Assembly (NCBI GenBank): GCA_044892525.1
Contig: CM097885.1
Span: 127,410,001 to 127,474,000 of the forward strand
Source of the DNA: Schmidtea polychroa
Lineage: Eukaryota
Reading direction: 5' to 3'
DNA: 64,000 nt
In this document: positions 10,010 to 23,660 of the stretch, one piece after another
Layout of the letters: each line of letters opens with the position of its first letter
How positions within the stretch are numbered: the first letter of the stretch is position 1
Notes under the pieces: model-generated
The model's input: only the letters and a program-made list of their open reading frames with translations
What the model was told of the DNA's origin: nothing
Databases searched by the model: none
Made by a program: the position numbers and the translations under genes

Positions 10010-13000
10010 ATGATATTTATCATTGTAAGTTTTCTCCTGTTCGGAAATTCTTTGGGCGAAAATATCGAGAATATTCTCGCTCCAGATATCAAGACCTTCA
10101 ATTGCAAGAATTTCAACATAAGCTGCTTACAAAATGGTAATTTTTTTCAATAAAATTAATTTATATATCTTTATCAGATTGGAATAAATGTGAAAAACGG
10201 TGTAATTCGTTTGAAGGTTAGGAAATATTTATTTTACATTTTTATTGGAGATTTAGGATATCCTTTATATGAAATGATGAATAATCGTAATTATATTTTA
10301 TAGTATAATTGATTTATAACCAAATTTAGTGAACGCCAAAATGAAAATGAATAATTACGGTAAATTTATAATTAATTAAATTTTATTAAATATAATAATA
10401 GATGAGGAACGACAGTTTTCAGAATTTCAAGATAAAATATTTTCTTTTCGTTTGAAGATGAACGAACTTTTTTTCCCTTTAGAAAGTAAATATTTAAATT
10501 GAATTTGTGAAGATGCTAAAAAAACAAACAAATATTATAGGGGTAACAGAAAATGTTCAAATTAATTAAAATTTCAATATTAGGACTGAAAATACAAAAA
10601 TTATTATTATTCAAGGAAAAAGTGGAAACAACTTTCAGATAAAAGTTTAAAAAAATTTAATAATTTTGAATTCGTCTTTTGATAGTGTTGGCCAATAGTA
10701 GTTTTTATGTTTAAATTTTCTAGGGTTGCTGAATAATCATTATTTATTTATTATAATTTTCGTTATAATTTTAGAAAACACCTCGGTAATTTTTTAGGAT
10801 TAACGAAATTTTCAGAGCTTACATTCGCAATATAGTGTTGTCAGTTCATATTCGCCCACTTTTTATAACTGCTACACCTTTGAAATCACAGCTTCGTAAG
10901 TCTCAAAAATCTAACATCAGACCTATTTCATGTTACTAAAATGTTACAAGATTCGTTCAAGAACTCATTGCAAAGATTAGCCGCCGAGACCTTTTATATC
11001 AAAAAACTTAAACCGTCTATCAACATTCAACTAAATTAATATTTAATTGGATTTATAATTTAAAATTAAAAAAATATTTAAAATATAAAAAACGGTTTTT
11101 TTATAAAATAAAATATTAAATAATTTAAAATTTAATTAAATTACAGAATTTAAAATTTTTAAAAAATAGGAAATATTATTTGGGTATTTAAAATAAAATA
11201 TAAATAGAATATAATTAAACCAATAAATTTATTATAAAATACGAAATAAATTTATTATCCCCAAACAATAATTATTTAATGTAATAATGATCAAATTCTA
11301 CCCTATCTTTGTAAAGCAACCAAAAAATGAACCCTACTAAGACATAGTCTGGTGTCAGTGGATTTTTTCGCATGGATTTCTTGTTTCCTAAAATCACAAC
11401 ATCTTAAATATTTAAAATTTATTAGTTTTATCTTTTATCAAAATTTGTTTATACTTAAATATATTGAAGTTGTTGTAACTGATCGAAACCCGTATAAAAT
11501 GAATAGATTTATTAATATGACTAATAAATCCAACTAATAAATTAATTATATTATTTATTAATTTTGATCATTAATTTACTTGTTTTATTTTAGAACTTAA
11601 AAGAAAATTACAAATAGTGAAAATGGAGCGCGAATTCTTACATCAACTTCAAGGTTTATTTTAAATTGTTTAAATTGTTACATATGATTAGTTATCGTAT
11701 ATGATCATTCAATGTTTTTACTAGATTTATCATCGTTTTTTTTCGTTATGGAAGAGTACAAATGATAAAATTTAAGTTTTATATTTAAATAAAACTTAAT
11801 ACAAAAAAATGATACAAAATTAATTAAGTATATAAAAATAATCTAAACAATTTTCAACTGGTGAAAAAGTGTAAATCAAATAATTTTTACGTAACTAGAA
11901 AATTAAAACCAATTAAATAAATTAGAAAAGTTGTTTTAAAATTTTAATTAATGCAATAAAGGGAACTAAATTCGATTATTGATAAAACATGAATGAAAAT
12001 AATAAAATTAATTTATTATTAAGAGAATATTGAAATCATTAAAAAAATGAATTAAAATATTAAACTAAAAATACTAAACTAAACTGAATAAAGAATAAAA
12101 TCTGTCCTTCTGAAAATATCAATATTTGACATTGAAAAACTTCTCAAATGTATTGTGTTTTAATAATATTGTAAAAAGATAGTATTTTATTTGAAATAAA
12201 TTATTAGAAGATCATTATTTTATGGACGTGACAAATATAAAATTCACGGTAACTAATATGAAGTATGATCAGACTACTAGGAAAACTTACAAATTATATG
12301 AGGTTTTATTGATAAAAAATTAGTTTCAGAATTGAAATCCAACCTTTAATATCTTTTTGAAAATGTGTCATTATAACATCTTTGTTGTACCTATTAAATA
12401 CCAATCACAATTTATTTATCTGCGTTTCTTTTAACCGAAGTTACATATAAAATCTAACTTCACCAAAATTAAACTACTTGTGCTGAGAATGATTTTTTAA
12501 CAAGATCTGATTTTAGAGGGTAAGAGGAAAATAATTGCGTAATTTTTTTTCTTAAAGTAAATTTTAATATCGTTGGGTCTTGTTATTTGATCAGCAAAAC
12601 GACGATTCAGATTTAAAGTTTTGCAAAACTTGGTGGTGGTCACAGATTTTGAACTGTTAACAAATAAACCAAAATCAATAAAATAAAGGAAAATATTAAT
12701 ATATCATATATTATATCAATTACTTGAAATGACAGGTATACCACAAGTACAAATGCAAATTATTAATAATATTATGCCGCCAAACATATTGGAAGTATAG
12801 TTGTGAGTGCCTCATAGGGTGGATCCATAAATGCAAATCAACTGAACAATGGAGTATATAAATCCAAAATGATAGTAATCGAAGGAATTTAGATGTGCAC
12901 AAAGAAGAAAATACGTTATCAGAGTGAAATAAGTTGTGCTTTTTTCCTAAGTTACTTGGATAAGTATAAGTGACATCCCAGTCACAAAAAAAACGTATTT

Positions 13001-16000
13001 CGGAATTATATTAAATTATATTAAATATCACAAAACTATAATATTTGACGTATAGATAAAGATTTTGGCACATTTAATATATATTTTGATGCATTTTTGT
13101 TTTTATTATTTTTGGATTTATTGGTAGTTCAGAATTTCCAACCGCCGTTCCAAGTTTTGCCTAAAGTTTTTCTTACCGAAATATTAATAAAGCTCAGAAT
13201 TTCAGAATATTTTAATATTTTGATTTTCAAATTTATATAATTTTTTAATTATGAAGATTATCTTAGGAAAGGAAACTAATGATACAGAATTAGAACCAAT
13301 AGAAAAAGGTTAGTAAAATATTTTATATCATTTAAAATTAATTTATAAACTAATTTTATTAACAAATTAGTTTTGATCATGGGACAGGGTACATTTTCTG
13401 AATCAATGTTTCCAAATCTATTTTTAAGGGACGCTTGATGATTTAAATCAAATACACCATGAATTGATCTACAAAGAATTAGTGGTTTTATATTTAAAAT
13501 TATTTGACTTTTTTAGATTTCAAAACTATCAAATAAAAAAAATAGTGAAATAAATCTTTCAAAAATAAAATAATATAAAAACTTCACTATGATACACAAA
13601 AAGAAAGATCTAAAAATATAAATAACCAAAACCGAATAATAAGTAAAAATTTATTAAAATGTGCAAAGGAGTTCCTTTACAAATCCAATTCTAGAAAAAT
13701 TCGAAATTTTATTATGCGAATTTTTATTTTAATTATCGGTAATATAAATCAAGAATTCTGATTAAAAACGGTAATTTATAAACTAAAAAATCCTAATCAA
13801 TTCATATTACATAAATTTTATAAATTTACAATTTATTTAGTTATAAAATTAGTAATAAAAAATTCAGCTCAAAAATATCCCACACAACACAAATTATTTT
13901 AATAATAAGGAAATCTAATTTATACAAAATATTAATGTTGTTCCTAAAATATTTCAGTAATCACAACAATAAATACATAATTCGTTTGTTTTATTTTGTA
14001 TTTTGTCTCCTTATACTCGTACGATGTGATTTCTCTAATAAATAAACAAAAATTCGTAAATCGAATTTATTTTTGTAAACAGAGACTGTGAATGTTTTTC
14101 TAAATTACTTCGTAAAAAGAGTGTAAATAATTAATTCATAAAAGAAATCAATTTAATTTAAAAAAAATTTCTGAGTTTAACAGCCATAGTGACAAGCTAA
14201 GTGACAAGCTAATAATTAAATTTCATTGGATTTATTCATCTCATGGAAGAAAAACTTCATTTATGAAAGACAGATTGAAGAAAGATCCCTATAAAATAAG
14301 CAAATCACAATATTTAGCTGCCATAACAGATACCACTGAAAATAGCTCAAATATCTTAAGAAGTTTTCAAAAACTGTGATCATCTTTTTATAAATTCAAA
14401 TGTGTTAATATTTTTGAAAATATGTTACAATGAGTCAACTCAGAAAATGTGAAGTACAAAAACGAGCAGCATTTAAAATACGAAACGAGGATCAAGTCTA
14501 ATTAGATACAAATTTAATAATAAAAGATAACTGAATATTTTACTAATAGTGAATTTAGAAATCTATTTTTACATTACTATAGACATATTTTACATTTACT
14601 TTCTAGTGGATATAATAAATATTTTAATTTTTCAATTATAGTTAGTTTAACTTATTACACGTGGCTGTAGACACACGTGTAGTATACAAATATTGTTTAC
14701 TTTTCATTAATAGATCTTTTGACATATTGTTATTTAATCTTGTTACATGGTAACCACGCTTTCAAACCAAAAAATTGAATGGGAATCCTGCCACAGTTGA
14801 AAAAATATTCCATTGGAGATGATCTAAAGGCAATTTATGTTGAAGATTAAATGTTATTTCTCAATAATTCAATTGGCCAACATCCAATAAAAATGAATTT
14901 TCGGAACATATTTGAATGAACCTTGTCGAAACAAATTTGACCAAATTCACTATGAAGAAGACCATATGAAAATTATTAACATATCTTCTAAATTATTTTT
15001 TAAATCCGGTTCAAAAGTTAATAATAATTCCAAGTATTTATTATATGACAGGGGTGCCCATAAGGTCGATCGCGATCTACCGGTAGATCGCGAAGGATTT
15101 TTTAGTAGATCTTCATAAAAAAAATATTTTTTATATAAATTTAGATTTTATATAAAATTTCTGTTTTATGCTTAAATTTTTTGCCAATTTTCATGTTCTG
15201 TGTTCCATTTCTATGGTAATACTAAATAACATTTTTTAATTTTGATTTCACCATTTCCAAAATGTTATTTAGTTTAATTTAGTTTAATTTAATTTTGTTT
15301 ATTTAGTTAAATTTAATTTTGGTTGGTGTAACAAAGTGAAAAATTTTCTTAAGCTTTTTTGTTAAATTAATTTTGTTTAAAAATGCTAAATAAAAAAATG
15401 CTAAATAAAAAAATGCTAAATAAAAAAACCAAGACTTATCATTATAGCGAAGAAATGGAGAAGGAGTACTTTTTTGTAATGATTAAAGGTAAATGTTGTT
15501 GCTTAATTTGTAAAGCTACTATTTCATTACCAAAAAGAGGGAATTTGAAAAGGCATTTCAAGACAATTCATAAGACTTTTGCAGTTGATTATCCACTTGA
15601 CAGTGAACTACGCAAGTCTAAAATCATGGAACTGAAAACATGCATTTCTTTTCAACAGTCATTTTTTACGAAGCTAACATCCAAATCAAAGTCAGCTACA
15701 GCTGCATCTTTCCGAGTAAGCTACATTCTGGCAAAAAATAAGAAATCTTTTAGTGATGGAGTAATTGTAAAAGAAGCATTTTTAGAAGCGGCAGAATCAT
15801 TATTTTGTGATTTTAAAAATAAATCAGATATAATTTCTGCTATTACTGATATGCAATTGTCCCGTAATACAGTTACACGGAGAGTCCAAGAAATAAGTTC
15901 CAATTTAAAAAATCAGTTAATGTTAGACAAAGAAAATTGTACCGCATTTTCATTGCAAGCAGACGAATCAACTGATGCGGCTGATATTTCGCAGCTTATA

Positions 16001-19000
16001 ATTTTTATTCGAATGGTCTTTAAAGATTTTTCTACGAAGGAAGAATTATTAACAATTATACCACTCAAAAGTAAAACTCGAGGTGAGGATATATTTCAGA
16101 ATTTTAAAGCTTATGCCAACAGCATTCAGCTCCAAATTTGTAAGCTTGTATCAATAGCAACAGATGGCGCACCAGCTATGACAGGGCGTCACAACGGATT
16201 TATAGCATATTGTAGGAATGATTGATTTTGAATTTGATTTCCTAAGTTACATTTTTTTATAATAAATAGTTATATACTTTAATTTTCCATATTTTGACAT
16301 ATATTTGTTTTATTGTGATGAATTTATTGCATTGTAGGTAAATATTATGTAAGTATTAAAAAAGTAGATCGCATGCACATTTTGGATGTGAATGTAGCTC
16401 TCCTAGAAAAATTAGTGGGTACCCCTGTTATATGACATATTGTATAATTTTAAACAAATTTTCCACGTTGAATAAAATATTTTCAAAACCATTTATCAAA
16501 TTTTCAATATTTAAAATATATATATTTAAAAATTTTAGATTAATGAAACTTCTTTTCTAAAAAGCTATTTTAATTTTTAATTTAAAAATTTCAACTTATA
16601 AAATCCAATTTAAAAATTATTTAAAAGTTATTTTAATAGTCAATTATTTACAATTTAAAATTATTTTGATAAATCATTGAAATATTTAACTCTCAGCTGA
16701 AAACATCTCACAATAGATATTACAAAAATAAATTTACAGTAATTTTTTAATAAATTTATAAATAAATTTACGACAAAAAATTTGTATATAAAGAATTAAT
16801 TTCACACTGATTAAATCAAGCTTTTATTTATTCTTCTGTAAATATTTTAGAAATAGAAAAACAATTAGAAAAGTGCAAAGGTAATTAAATATTTATCTTA
16901 ATTATATTAATTTTGAGAATTTGTTCAAAATTTTTCAAAATGATTTTTATTAATAATTTGCCCAATGAACAATCATTGTATCATTTCTAGTCTTGTAAAT
17001 ATATTTTGTGTTGCAATATATATCATTGTAAACAACTTGGGCACCTGCAACATTACAATAAAGGAAATTATCTTCACATGGTTGTTCGTATCGTTAATGT
17101 TAGAAGATTTGGAAATAATTAAAATTATAGAATTAAAATACTTTTGGAATTACACAAAATATATGAAATAAAAATATTTAAAAAATTATAAATTATCAAA
17201 ATTAATTACAAAAAGTAAAAATAAATATTTTTCCGGGGGGGGGGCGTGGTAGACGAATGAAGTTTCAAAGGCGTATAAAATAATTTTAAGTTATGATTTG
17301 ATTTTTAGAAGATGATACCCATCGGGTATTTACCCAGTTCTGTGAAATTCAATTTAATGAAAATATCGTTATTCTGTTGCGATTTGTTTTAATTATTTAA
17401 TTGCTGAACCCGAGGAGTCAGGATGAAAGCAAAGTTCCTATTGACAATTTTTTTTAATATCAAAACAATACTATACCATAGGAAACAATATTTATAGAAT
17501 ACATATAGATGTATTAAAAAAAGATAAGTAATAATTTACAAAATAAAATTCTGTGACATAACTAATGATTCTGACTAACAAATGCAAACTCCAAAAATAT
17601 TTATTTTATCAATTTATTAATTTATAATTTGTCATAATTTTGTGACATTGGCAATATAATTCGTAATAATTTATTGTTTATAACTATTTAATATTCCTAA
17701 TTATATATAGATAGTGATTTTATATTGGAAAGTTTTGAGAGGATAATTATAAAAAACGATTGTTTCTTGATAACATAGTTAAATCAACTACAGAAAATCT
17801 TTAATTTACCTCTCCCCGAAATAAAAATAATACTTCAATATTATGACAATAATTATTTTATAAATAAAAAATCTCAAATCACTTCAAGTGCTTTAACAGC
17901 TTTGAAACTGCACAACAGCTACTTATATTTTTTATTTTTGTGATAAAACTAACAGTTATTATGCATGAATTTTGCTGACCAAATTATGAAATTTTGTNNN
18001 NNNNNNNNNNNNNNNNNNNNNNNNNNNNNNNNNNNNNNNNNNNNNNNNNNNNNNNNNNNNNNNNNNNNNNNNNNNNNNNNNNNNNNNNNNNNNNNNNNNN
18101 NNNNNNNNNNNNNNNNNNNNNNNNNNNNNNNNNNNNNNNNNNNNNNNNNNNNNNNNNNNNNNNNNNNNNNNNNNNNNNNNNNNNNNNNATTGGAAAAAGC
18201 AGAAAAGTTGATAATTTTCAACCGACGACATACATAATAAACCCTTCTTCCTTCAACATCAGAAATGCTGAAAATTGCAATCAAATTAAAATAGCAATTG
18301 CTAATTGGACATTAGAAAGTAGAAAATTGTTTTTGAACAACAAATAATATTGACAATTAACGCCCCTGCCACTTAAGATGAAGAATAATAAAAGTTTTTC
18401 TATACAAACTAAGATTTTCCTCAGTCAAACCACCCAAAAAATTTCTAATCTAAGAAGAATTGTAAATTCAGTAGCTGATAATTACAATACAAATTAAACT
18501 CTAATTCCTGTACTTATAATTATTGTTATTAAGTAAAAACTTTTCAAACCAGTATTTGTGTTGCTATATATATATATAACATCCTGGACAAAGAATTAAT
18601 TATATCAAGTTATTAGTTCCATAACAAGCTTACATACAAATATATTTCCTAGTCATACTTATCAAATTGTCATGAGTTTGCTACATGTCAAAATCTTTTT
18701 ATATTATCATTTCATAAGATCCATTTAGTAACCTTTCCCATGTTATTTCAACTAAAAACTAAAGCAGTTTGTCAATTGAAATAACCTGATTGTCAAATGT
18801 CACAGATATTAAAATTTGTCACATTTGGTCAGTACAATGTCCACGATTATGTGGAAATAAATGCTTTGTGGTTTCAATAGTTGTTATTATATTATTTTCA
18901 ACTTTAGATACCAGAAAGCATTAAATACATGTTGGTATTGGTGGCTTAAATATGATATATTGATATAAATTTCTGCAATAAAATTAATTTTAATGTGAAA

Positions 19001-19407
19001 TCAAAACCACTTACAATACATCAATTTAAGAAAATATTTATTTTTTCGAAATATGTATCCCCCCCCCCCCCAGATTCACGGAGACCCCTCAAACGACATT
19101 ATTTGTAGCATAAAGCATGACACATTTTTTAAATATAAACTTCATTTACTACTTGAAAATAATTGTCTTTAAGGATTTAATGCATTTAATTTATACTTTT
19201 TTAGGACTTTTAAGACTATTCGAAAATTCTGATGAAACTATTGAAGGTAATTCTTATAATAATTTAAATTTTTGCACATTGTTAACTATTAAGAAATTCA
19301 ACAAGAAATTATATTTAAAAGAGGCAAGAAAATTATTTATGTTGAATATTTTTATATTTAGATGAATGAAGAATTGCTTGATGTTCTTCAAATGCCACCA
19401 ACTGAAG
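10010..19407 (+). CDS. Multi-exon secreted orphan protein gene, paralog 1 (incomplete exon set)
   Basis: Signal peptide MIFIIVSFLLFGNSLG. Exons 10010-10136, 10178-10216, 10257-10286, 10330-10359, 10402-10485, 11594-11653, 13267-13308, 16851-16880, 19205-19246, 19294-19323, ~19372-19407. First introns are 40-43 nt. Each exon has an equal-length counterpart in paralog 2. Joining the distal exons to this gene is inferred. Confidence 0.65.
15049..16427 (+). mobile_element. hAT (Charlie/SPIN-like) internally deleted element, 1379 bp
   Basis: TIRs CAGGGGTGCCCA / TGGGTACCCCTG; perfect 8-bp TSD TTATATGA; subterminal GTAGATCGC repeats. Confidence 0.92.
15383..16225 (+). CDS. N-terminal 280 aa of a GTF2IRD2/ZBED5-like hAT transposase, C-terminal half missing
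   Basis: CCCLIC...RHFKTIH zinc finger, KKSFSDGVIVKEAF, LSRNTVTRR, FSLQADESTD, LVSIATDGAPAMTG. Stops before the CxxH motif and the catalytic Glu. Confidence 0.85.
   Translation: MLNKKMLNKKMLNKKTKTYHYSEEMEKEYFFVMIKGKCCCLICKATISLPKRGNLKRHFKTIHKTFAVDYPLDSELRKSKIMELKTCISFQQSFFTKLTSKSKSATAASFRVSYILAKNKKSFSDGVIVKEAFLEAAESLFCDFKNKSDIISAITDMQLSRNTVTRRVQEISSNLKNQLMLDKENCTAFSLQADESTDAADISQLIIFIRMVFKDFSTKEELLTIIPLKSKTRGEDIFQNFKAYANSIQLQICKLVSIATDGAPAMTGRHNGFIAYCRND
17998..18188. other. Assembly gap; others at 20925-21067, 24018-24161, 48167-48310, 48757-49053, 51396-51551, 53482-53676
   Basis: Runs of N. Confidence 1.
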
Positions 19408-19411
19408 GTTT

Positions 19412-19412
<1 letters not shown>

Positions 19413-19482
<70 letters not shown>
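19413..19482. repeat. (AAT)n microsatellite
   Basis: About 23 perfect units. Confidence 0.97.
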
Positions 19483-19483
<1 letters not shown>

Positions 19484-20502
19484 TTTATTATTGTAAGTGG
19501 GATATTTAATTATTTATTTAAATATTACTTAATGTTAATTTATGTTTTTAATTATCAATGTATAATAGTAAAGTATGATGAAAGAATAAATTTTGAAAAA
19601 CTGCTCAATATATAAAACCAATATTTCTCCAAAAATTAATAATATTACACGAATAATATATTTTAACAATTTTCAAACAATTCATTCTAATTCGAACAAT
19701 TATTAATAATGCAAAATATGATAATAATAGTCAACAATAAGTCAATTATATTTTCAGTTAATATTCCGTCAAAATTCTTATTACACTGGAAAATTCCTAA
19801 TAAGGACCAATTTCACGTATTTAATTTAATACAAGCATTCAATAATAATTTTTTTAATTAATCTTTATCAAGTAATTATTACAACATTTCCTGAGGAATA
19901 ACACTTTTAATAATAAATTTGAATACATGACCACTCAATTACCACTGCTGAACTGATAATGATAAATCGATCTGGTTACTCTCTCACTTTGACTCAAAAG
20001 TTTTAACACTCTATATCTGTCTGCACTGAATAATAACATCTATAATATTAAAAAACTCAAGTCGCACAGGGCGCAAAATTGGAATGTAAAATTTTTTTAA
20101 TGTTACCAAAAAATAACAAAATATAAATAAAAGAAATTATCAAATGGCCTGCACGAAAAAACGACACACTAACTAATCTATCTTTAACATTGCTGATTGG
20201 ACTGGTCCATTTGCGTGCCTTCGTAGGTGTGTATTTTGAAAAATGTTAATCCACAAAATGGTCTCCTGTCATTTTTTCAATTGGCAACAGATTTTAAAGA
20301 GCATTACTACCTATTATAATAGCTGGAGATGAATATATAGTTAATAATCTCAACATGAATATTATAATTATTATAGTAGGCTGATTTGAATTCAGGTTTT
20401 AGGGGCGCCAGATATATGAACCGCACAGGGCGCAATAATGTCTTGTTACGGCCCTGGTTACATCATTCAAGATCGTAATTTTTCGGCAAATGCGCGTTAT
20501 AA

Positions 20503-20751
20503 CAGGGGTTCTTAACCTTTTCAAACTTATGGACCCCATAAATATATAATTGGTACCGACGGACCCCTGAAATGTTAAAAAATTAATAAATTGATAGTAA
20601 AACACATACATTTTTTAATAATTATTTATAAATTTGTTTATTCAGCTTCAAACAAAAATAATAAAGGTTTTTTGTAAATAGTGCCGCGGACCACTCGGAA
20701 CCCGTTCGCGGACCCCCTGGGGGTCCATGAACCCCAGGTTAAGAACCACTG
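20503..20751. mobile_element. hAT/Charlie-type MITE, 249 bp
   Basis: TIRs CAGGGGTTCTTAACCT / AGGTTAAGAACCACTG; 8-bp TSD CGTTATAA. Confidence 0.92.
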
Positions 20752-21077
20752 CGTTATAACATCAATTTTGAGAAATATTTGTAATTTCATATTTTACATT
20801 TTTATTGATTCCATTTTATATTAAATATAGCTTAAATGGAATTAAAATATTCTTTATCTTTAAGATAACATGGTCCTGATGTGGTTGGTTATGAACATAG
20901 ACAAGTATCAAGGTAAATGCTTTANNNNNNNNNNNNNNNNNNNNNNNNNNNNNNNNNNNNNNNNNNNNNNNNNNNNNNNNNNNNNNNNNNNNNNNNNNNN
21001 NNNNNNNNNNNNNNNNNNNNNNNNNNNNNNNNNNNNNNNNNNNNNNNNNNNNNNNNNNNNNNNNNNNGTAGCAGAAT

Positions 21078-21259
21078 TTATTATTTAAAACAATGAAATG
21101 ATAATTTAAGCCTTTTGCTGCAAATAATGTATTTAATGAAAAACTTTCGACTATAAGATAGTCCTTGTCAAAGATTATCTAATAGTCGAAAATTTTTTCA
21201 TTAAATACATTATTTGCAGCAAAAGGCTTAAATTATCATTTTACTGTTTTAAATAATAA
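21078..21259. repeat. Near-perfect inverted repeat (about 85-bp arms, about 12-nt loop)
   Basis: TTATTATTTAAAACA...TTTCGACTAT pairs with ATAGTCGAAA...TGTTTTAAATAATAA. Confidence 0.9.
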
Positions 21260-22049
21260 TAATAATAATAAATAACAACCAAAATACAGTAGAACCACGA
21301 TTTTCCGGGTCTCGATTATCTGATATTTCGGTTTTCCAAAAAAACATTTAACCTACTTCAATAAAATGTCTAAACAAGGCTGATGAAATGTTTACAGTAA
21401 AATAATAAGCGGATCGTTTGTTCATAAACAATGATATGATTAGAGCTGATCACATTACCGAGTATGATCACACTACCGTTATGACGCGACACTAGACATG
21501 AACGTCTTCATGGCATTAGGTGGTCTATTGAATCCTGAGAATGCCAGATTTGGATGTGAATTGAAATATCTTATGACTACAAAGGAAAATGAAGTTCAGA
21601 ACTTGATAACTCAAAAAAATAACAACCAAATGCAATGAGGCACTGGTCATTGAGCAGGGAGTCAAAAATGGTTGGTTAGTCAAGTATGATGAAAATTGTA
21701 TTTGTAAATAATTGAAGCAATAACTTTATTATTTAAAAATAGAAAAATACGAATGTTTTTACTGGGAAAAGCGGTAGTCTAGGGTTATGCTTTTTTAAAA
21801 ATCTAAACGCCTGGGATTGGAAATGGTGAATATTTATGTAAAATGGAGGAAAATTACCTCCTTTTTGAAAAATTTTAAAAACCCTCTAACACCCCTTAAA
21901 GGAAACGAAATCCATAAATCAGTTCGGAATAATATGTATTATTAAAGTACATTTATATTAATGAACTTCAAGTTGAGGTATTTATCACTTTTGATCTTCA
22001 CAAATATAACTTTCATTTTCTTCACGGCTCTTTCAGTGACAATATTGGA

Positions 22050-22345
22050 TCGGGTAACATCCAGAACTGAGGGCTCCTTAATTCAATGGGGTTTAAAGCA
22101 CTTTATCGCTTTATGACATGCAAATTTTGAAAGAGCAGATTGCAGCACATCATAGGTATCGTCTCGGAAATGTTGAATGGAGAACCAGACAGAAGCCCAC
22201 TCCATGGAAATGAAATTGCAAAATAGCTGAGCACTATATGAAGGCAGAAGAAAATAAGCAATTAGAGTAAATGCTGCGCGGGAGTTCCATCTTGCGTTAT
22301 TTAGTGAGGGAAGCTTTCGCCATTTTATGATCGGAAATTTATTTG
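22050..22345 (-). pseudogene. Transposase fragment, hAT-related (hATm-like)
   Basis: RKLPSLNNARWNSRAAFTLIAYFLLP...NIVTERAVK. Confidence 0.5.
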
Positions 22346-22359
22346 ACTTCTGATAAAAT

Positions 22360-22660
22360 TTATATGCTTCACACAATTAAAGAGGAGTTTGAAGTCGTCC
22401 CTCCAACTAGGGCTTTCGGTCGGTCGAAACCAATGAATATTAAAGCGACAATGGATAAATTATTTCTCAAGAAAACACTTAATAGCTACGAATTGCCTGG
22501 AATAATACCACCCAATTTAAAAGAAGTATTAGAGAGTTTAAAGACAATTCAACCGACTTCAACTGAGAGTAATCGAATTTTCTCTTTGGCTGGTAATTTC
22601 TGTAGTATTAAAAGACAATTTGTCAGGCAGCAGCATTAATGTGCTTCACTTTTTAAAAGG
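22360..22660 (+). pseudogene. hAT transposase C-terminal dimerisation fragment
   Basis: LESLKTIQPTSTESNRIFSLAGNFCS. Confidence 0.65.
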
Positions 22661-22814
22661 TTTTTACGCAAATTTGAGTGATGTTTAGTTGTCAAAATGT
22701 CTTTACTCTGCTTTCTGTATACTATTATTTTTATATATTTATATGTATGTATTGTGACGCGCATAACATTAAGTATAAAATAAATTTTTGGTTGTTTTTA
22801 TGCAAAAGATCCCG

Positions 22815-23660
22815 TCAAGAAGGCGATTAAACTGCACAGATTAAGTCATTTTGAAGGATATCAATTAAAGTTCTTGACTGAAAAATTAGGAATTAATCTT
22901 TCCCCAACGAGGTAAAAGAAATAGCACAAAATTGTGGTAAATGTCAATCAACAGACCCCCAACCAGTAAATACCATTAAAGGGCGATTAAAGATGAAAGA
23001 TTCGTTGAAACGATTAGCCATCAAAGTGAAAAAATTAAGTCAAAGAAAATTTATAACAACCATAAATTTTGTTCATTCTAAATTTACAATTTAACGAGAA
23101 ATTTAAAAAATTAAAGCGCAGATGAAATATGTAAGAAATTGAAACAAGTATTTTTTGAAAGAGGACCGCTTGATGAACTTCTGTTTGATGACTATTTATT
23201 CTTAAGATCTGAGACTTTAAATCACTAATGAAAAACTAAAAAATTAGAACTGATTATAGATCCATTAACAGACCAGCAGGATGGTATTGTTAAGAGAAAT
23301 CACAACGCAATAAAAGTGGCGGACAAGCGATCAGAATTTTCGGTTCAAGGAGCAATTTACTGGTACAATGAATGTAACTCCAGTTAATGAATCATTCAGA
23401 CCGCCGGCAAATGTCATATGGCTTATGCCACAAGGCTTCAATTCAATGAAACAAAAAATATTGCCCAAGAAATTGAAAACGGTTTTCCATAAAAATGATA
23501 AAAATTGGATAAAATCTATTTACAATAAATCCTGTACATCTCCGTGGATTAGAGAAAGAATCATAAAGTTTATATCTCCTCATAAAGCAATTGTTGATTA
23601 CGGAATTGTAGCAATCCTACATCACATAGCTGATCTAAGACACAGGAATGAAGATTCGTG
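22815..23660 (+). pseudogene. Decayed Gypsy/Ginger-type integrase
   Basis: Zinc-finger remnant NCGKCQSTDP, DGIVKRNHNAIK (G-VER-N-T-K motif), AIYWYN and C-terminal WIK...CTSPW...ISPHKAIVD...HIADLR. Confidence 0.65.

Noticed and set aside
10486-10540. In-frame TGA suggesting paralog 1 is a pseudogene or selenoprotein
   Set aside because: A donor GAAA|GTAAA conserved in both paralogs closes an 84-nt symmetric exon before the TGA, which is then intronic; cDNA is needed to confirm.
21287-21340. TA-CAGTAGAACC pogo/Tigger-like left end
   Set aside because: No matching right end found, so it is not called as an element.
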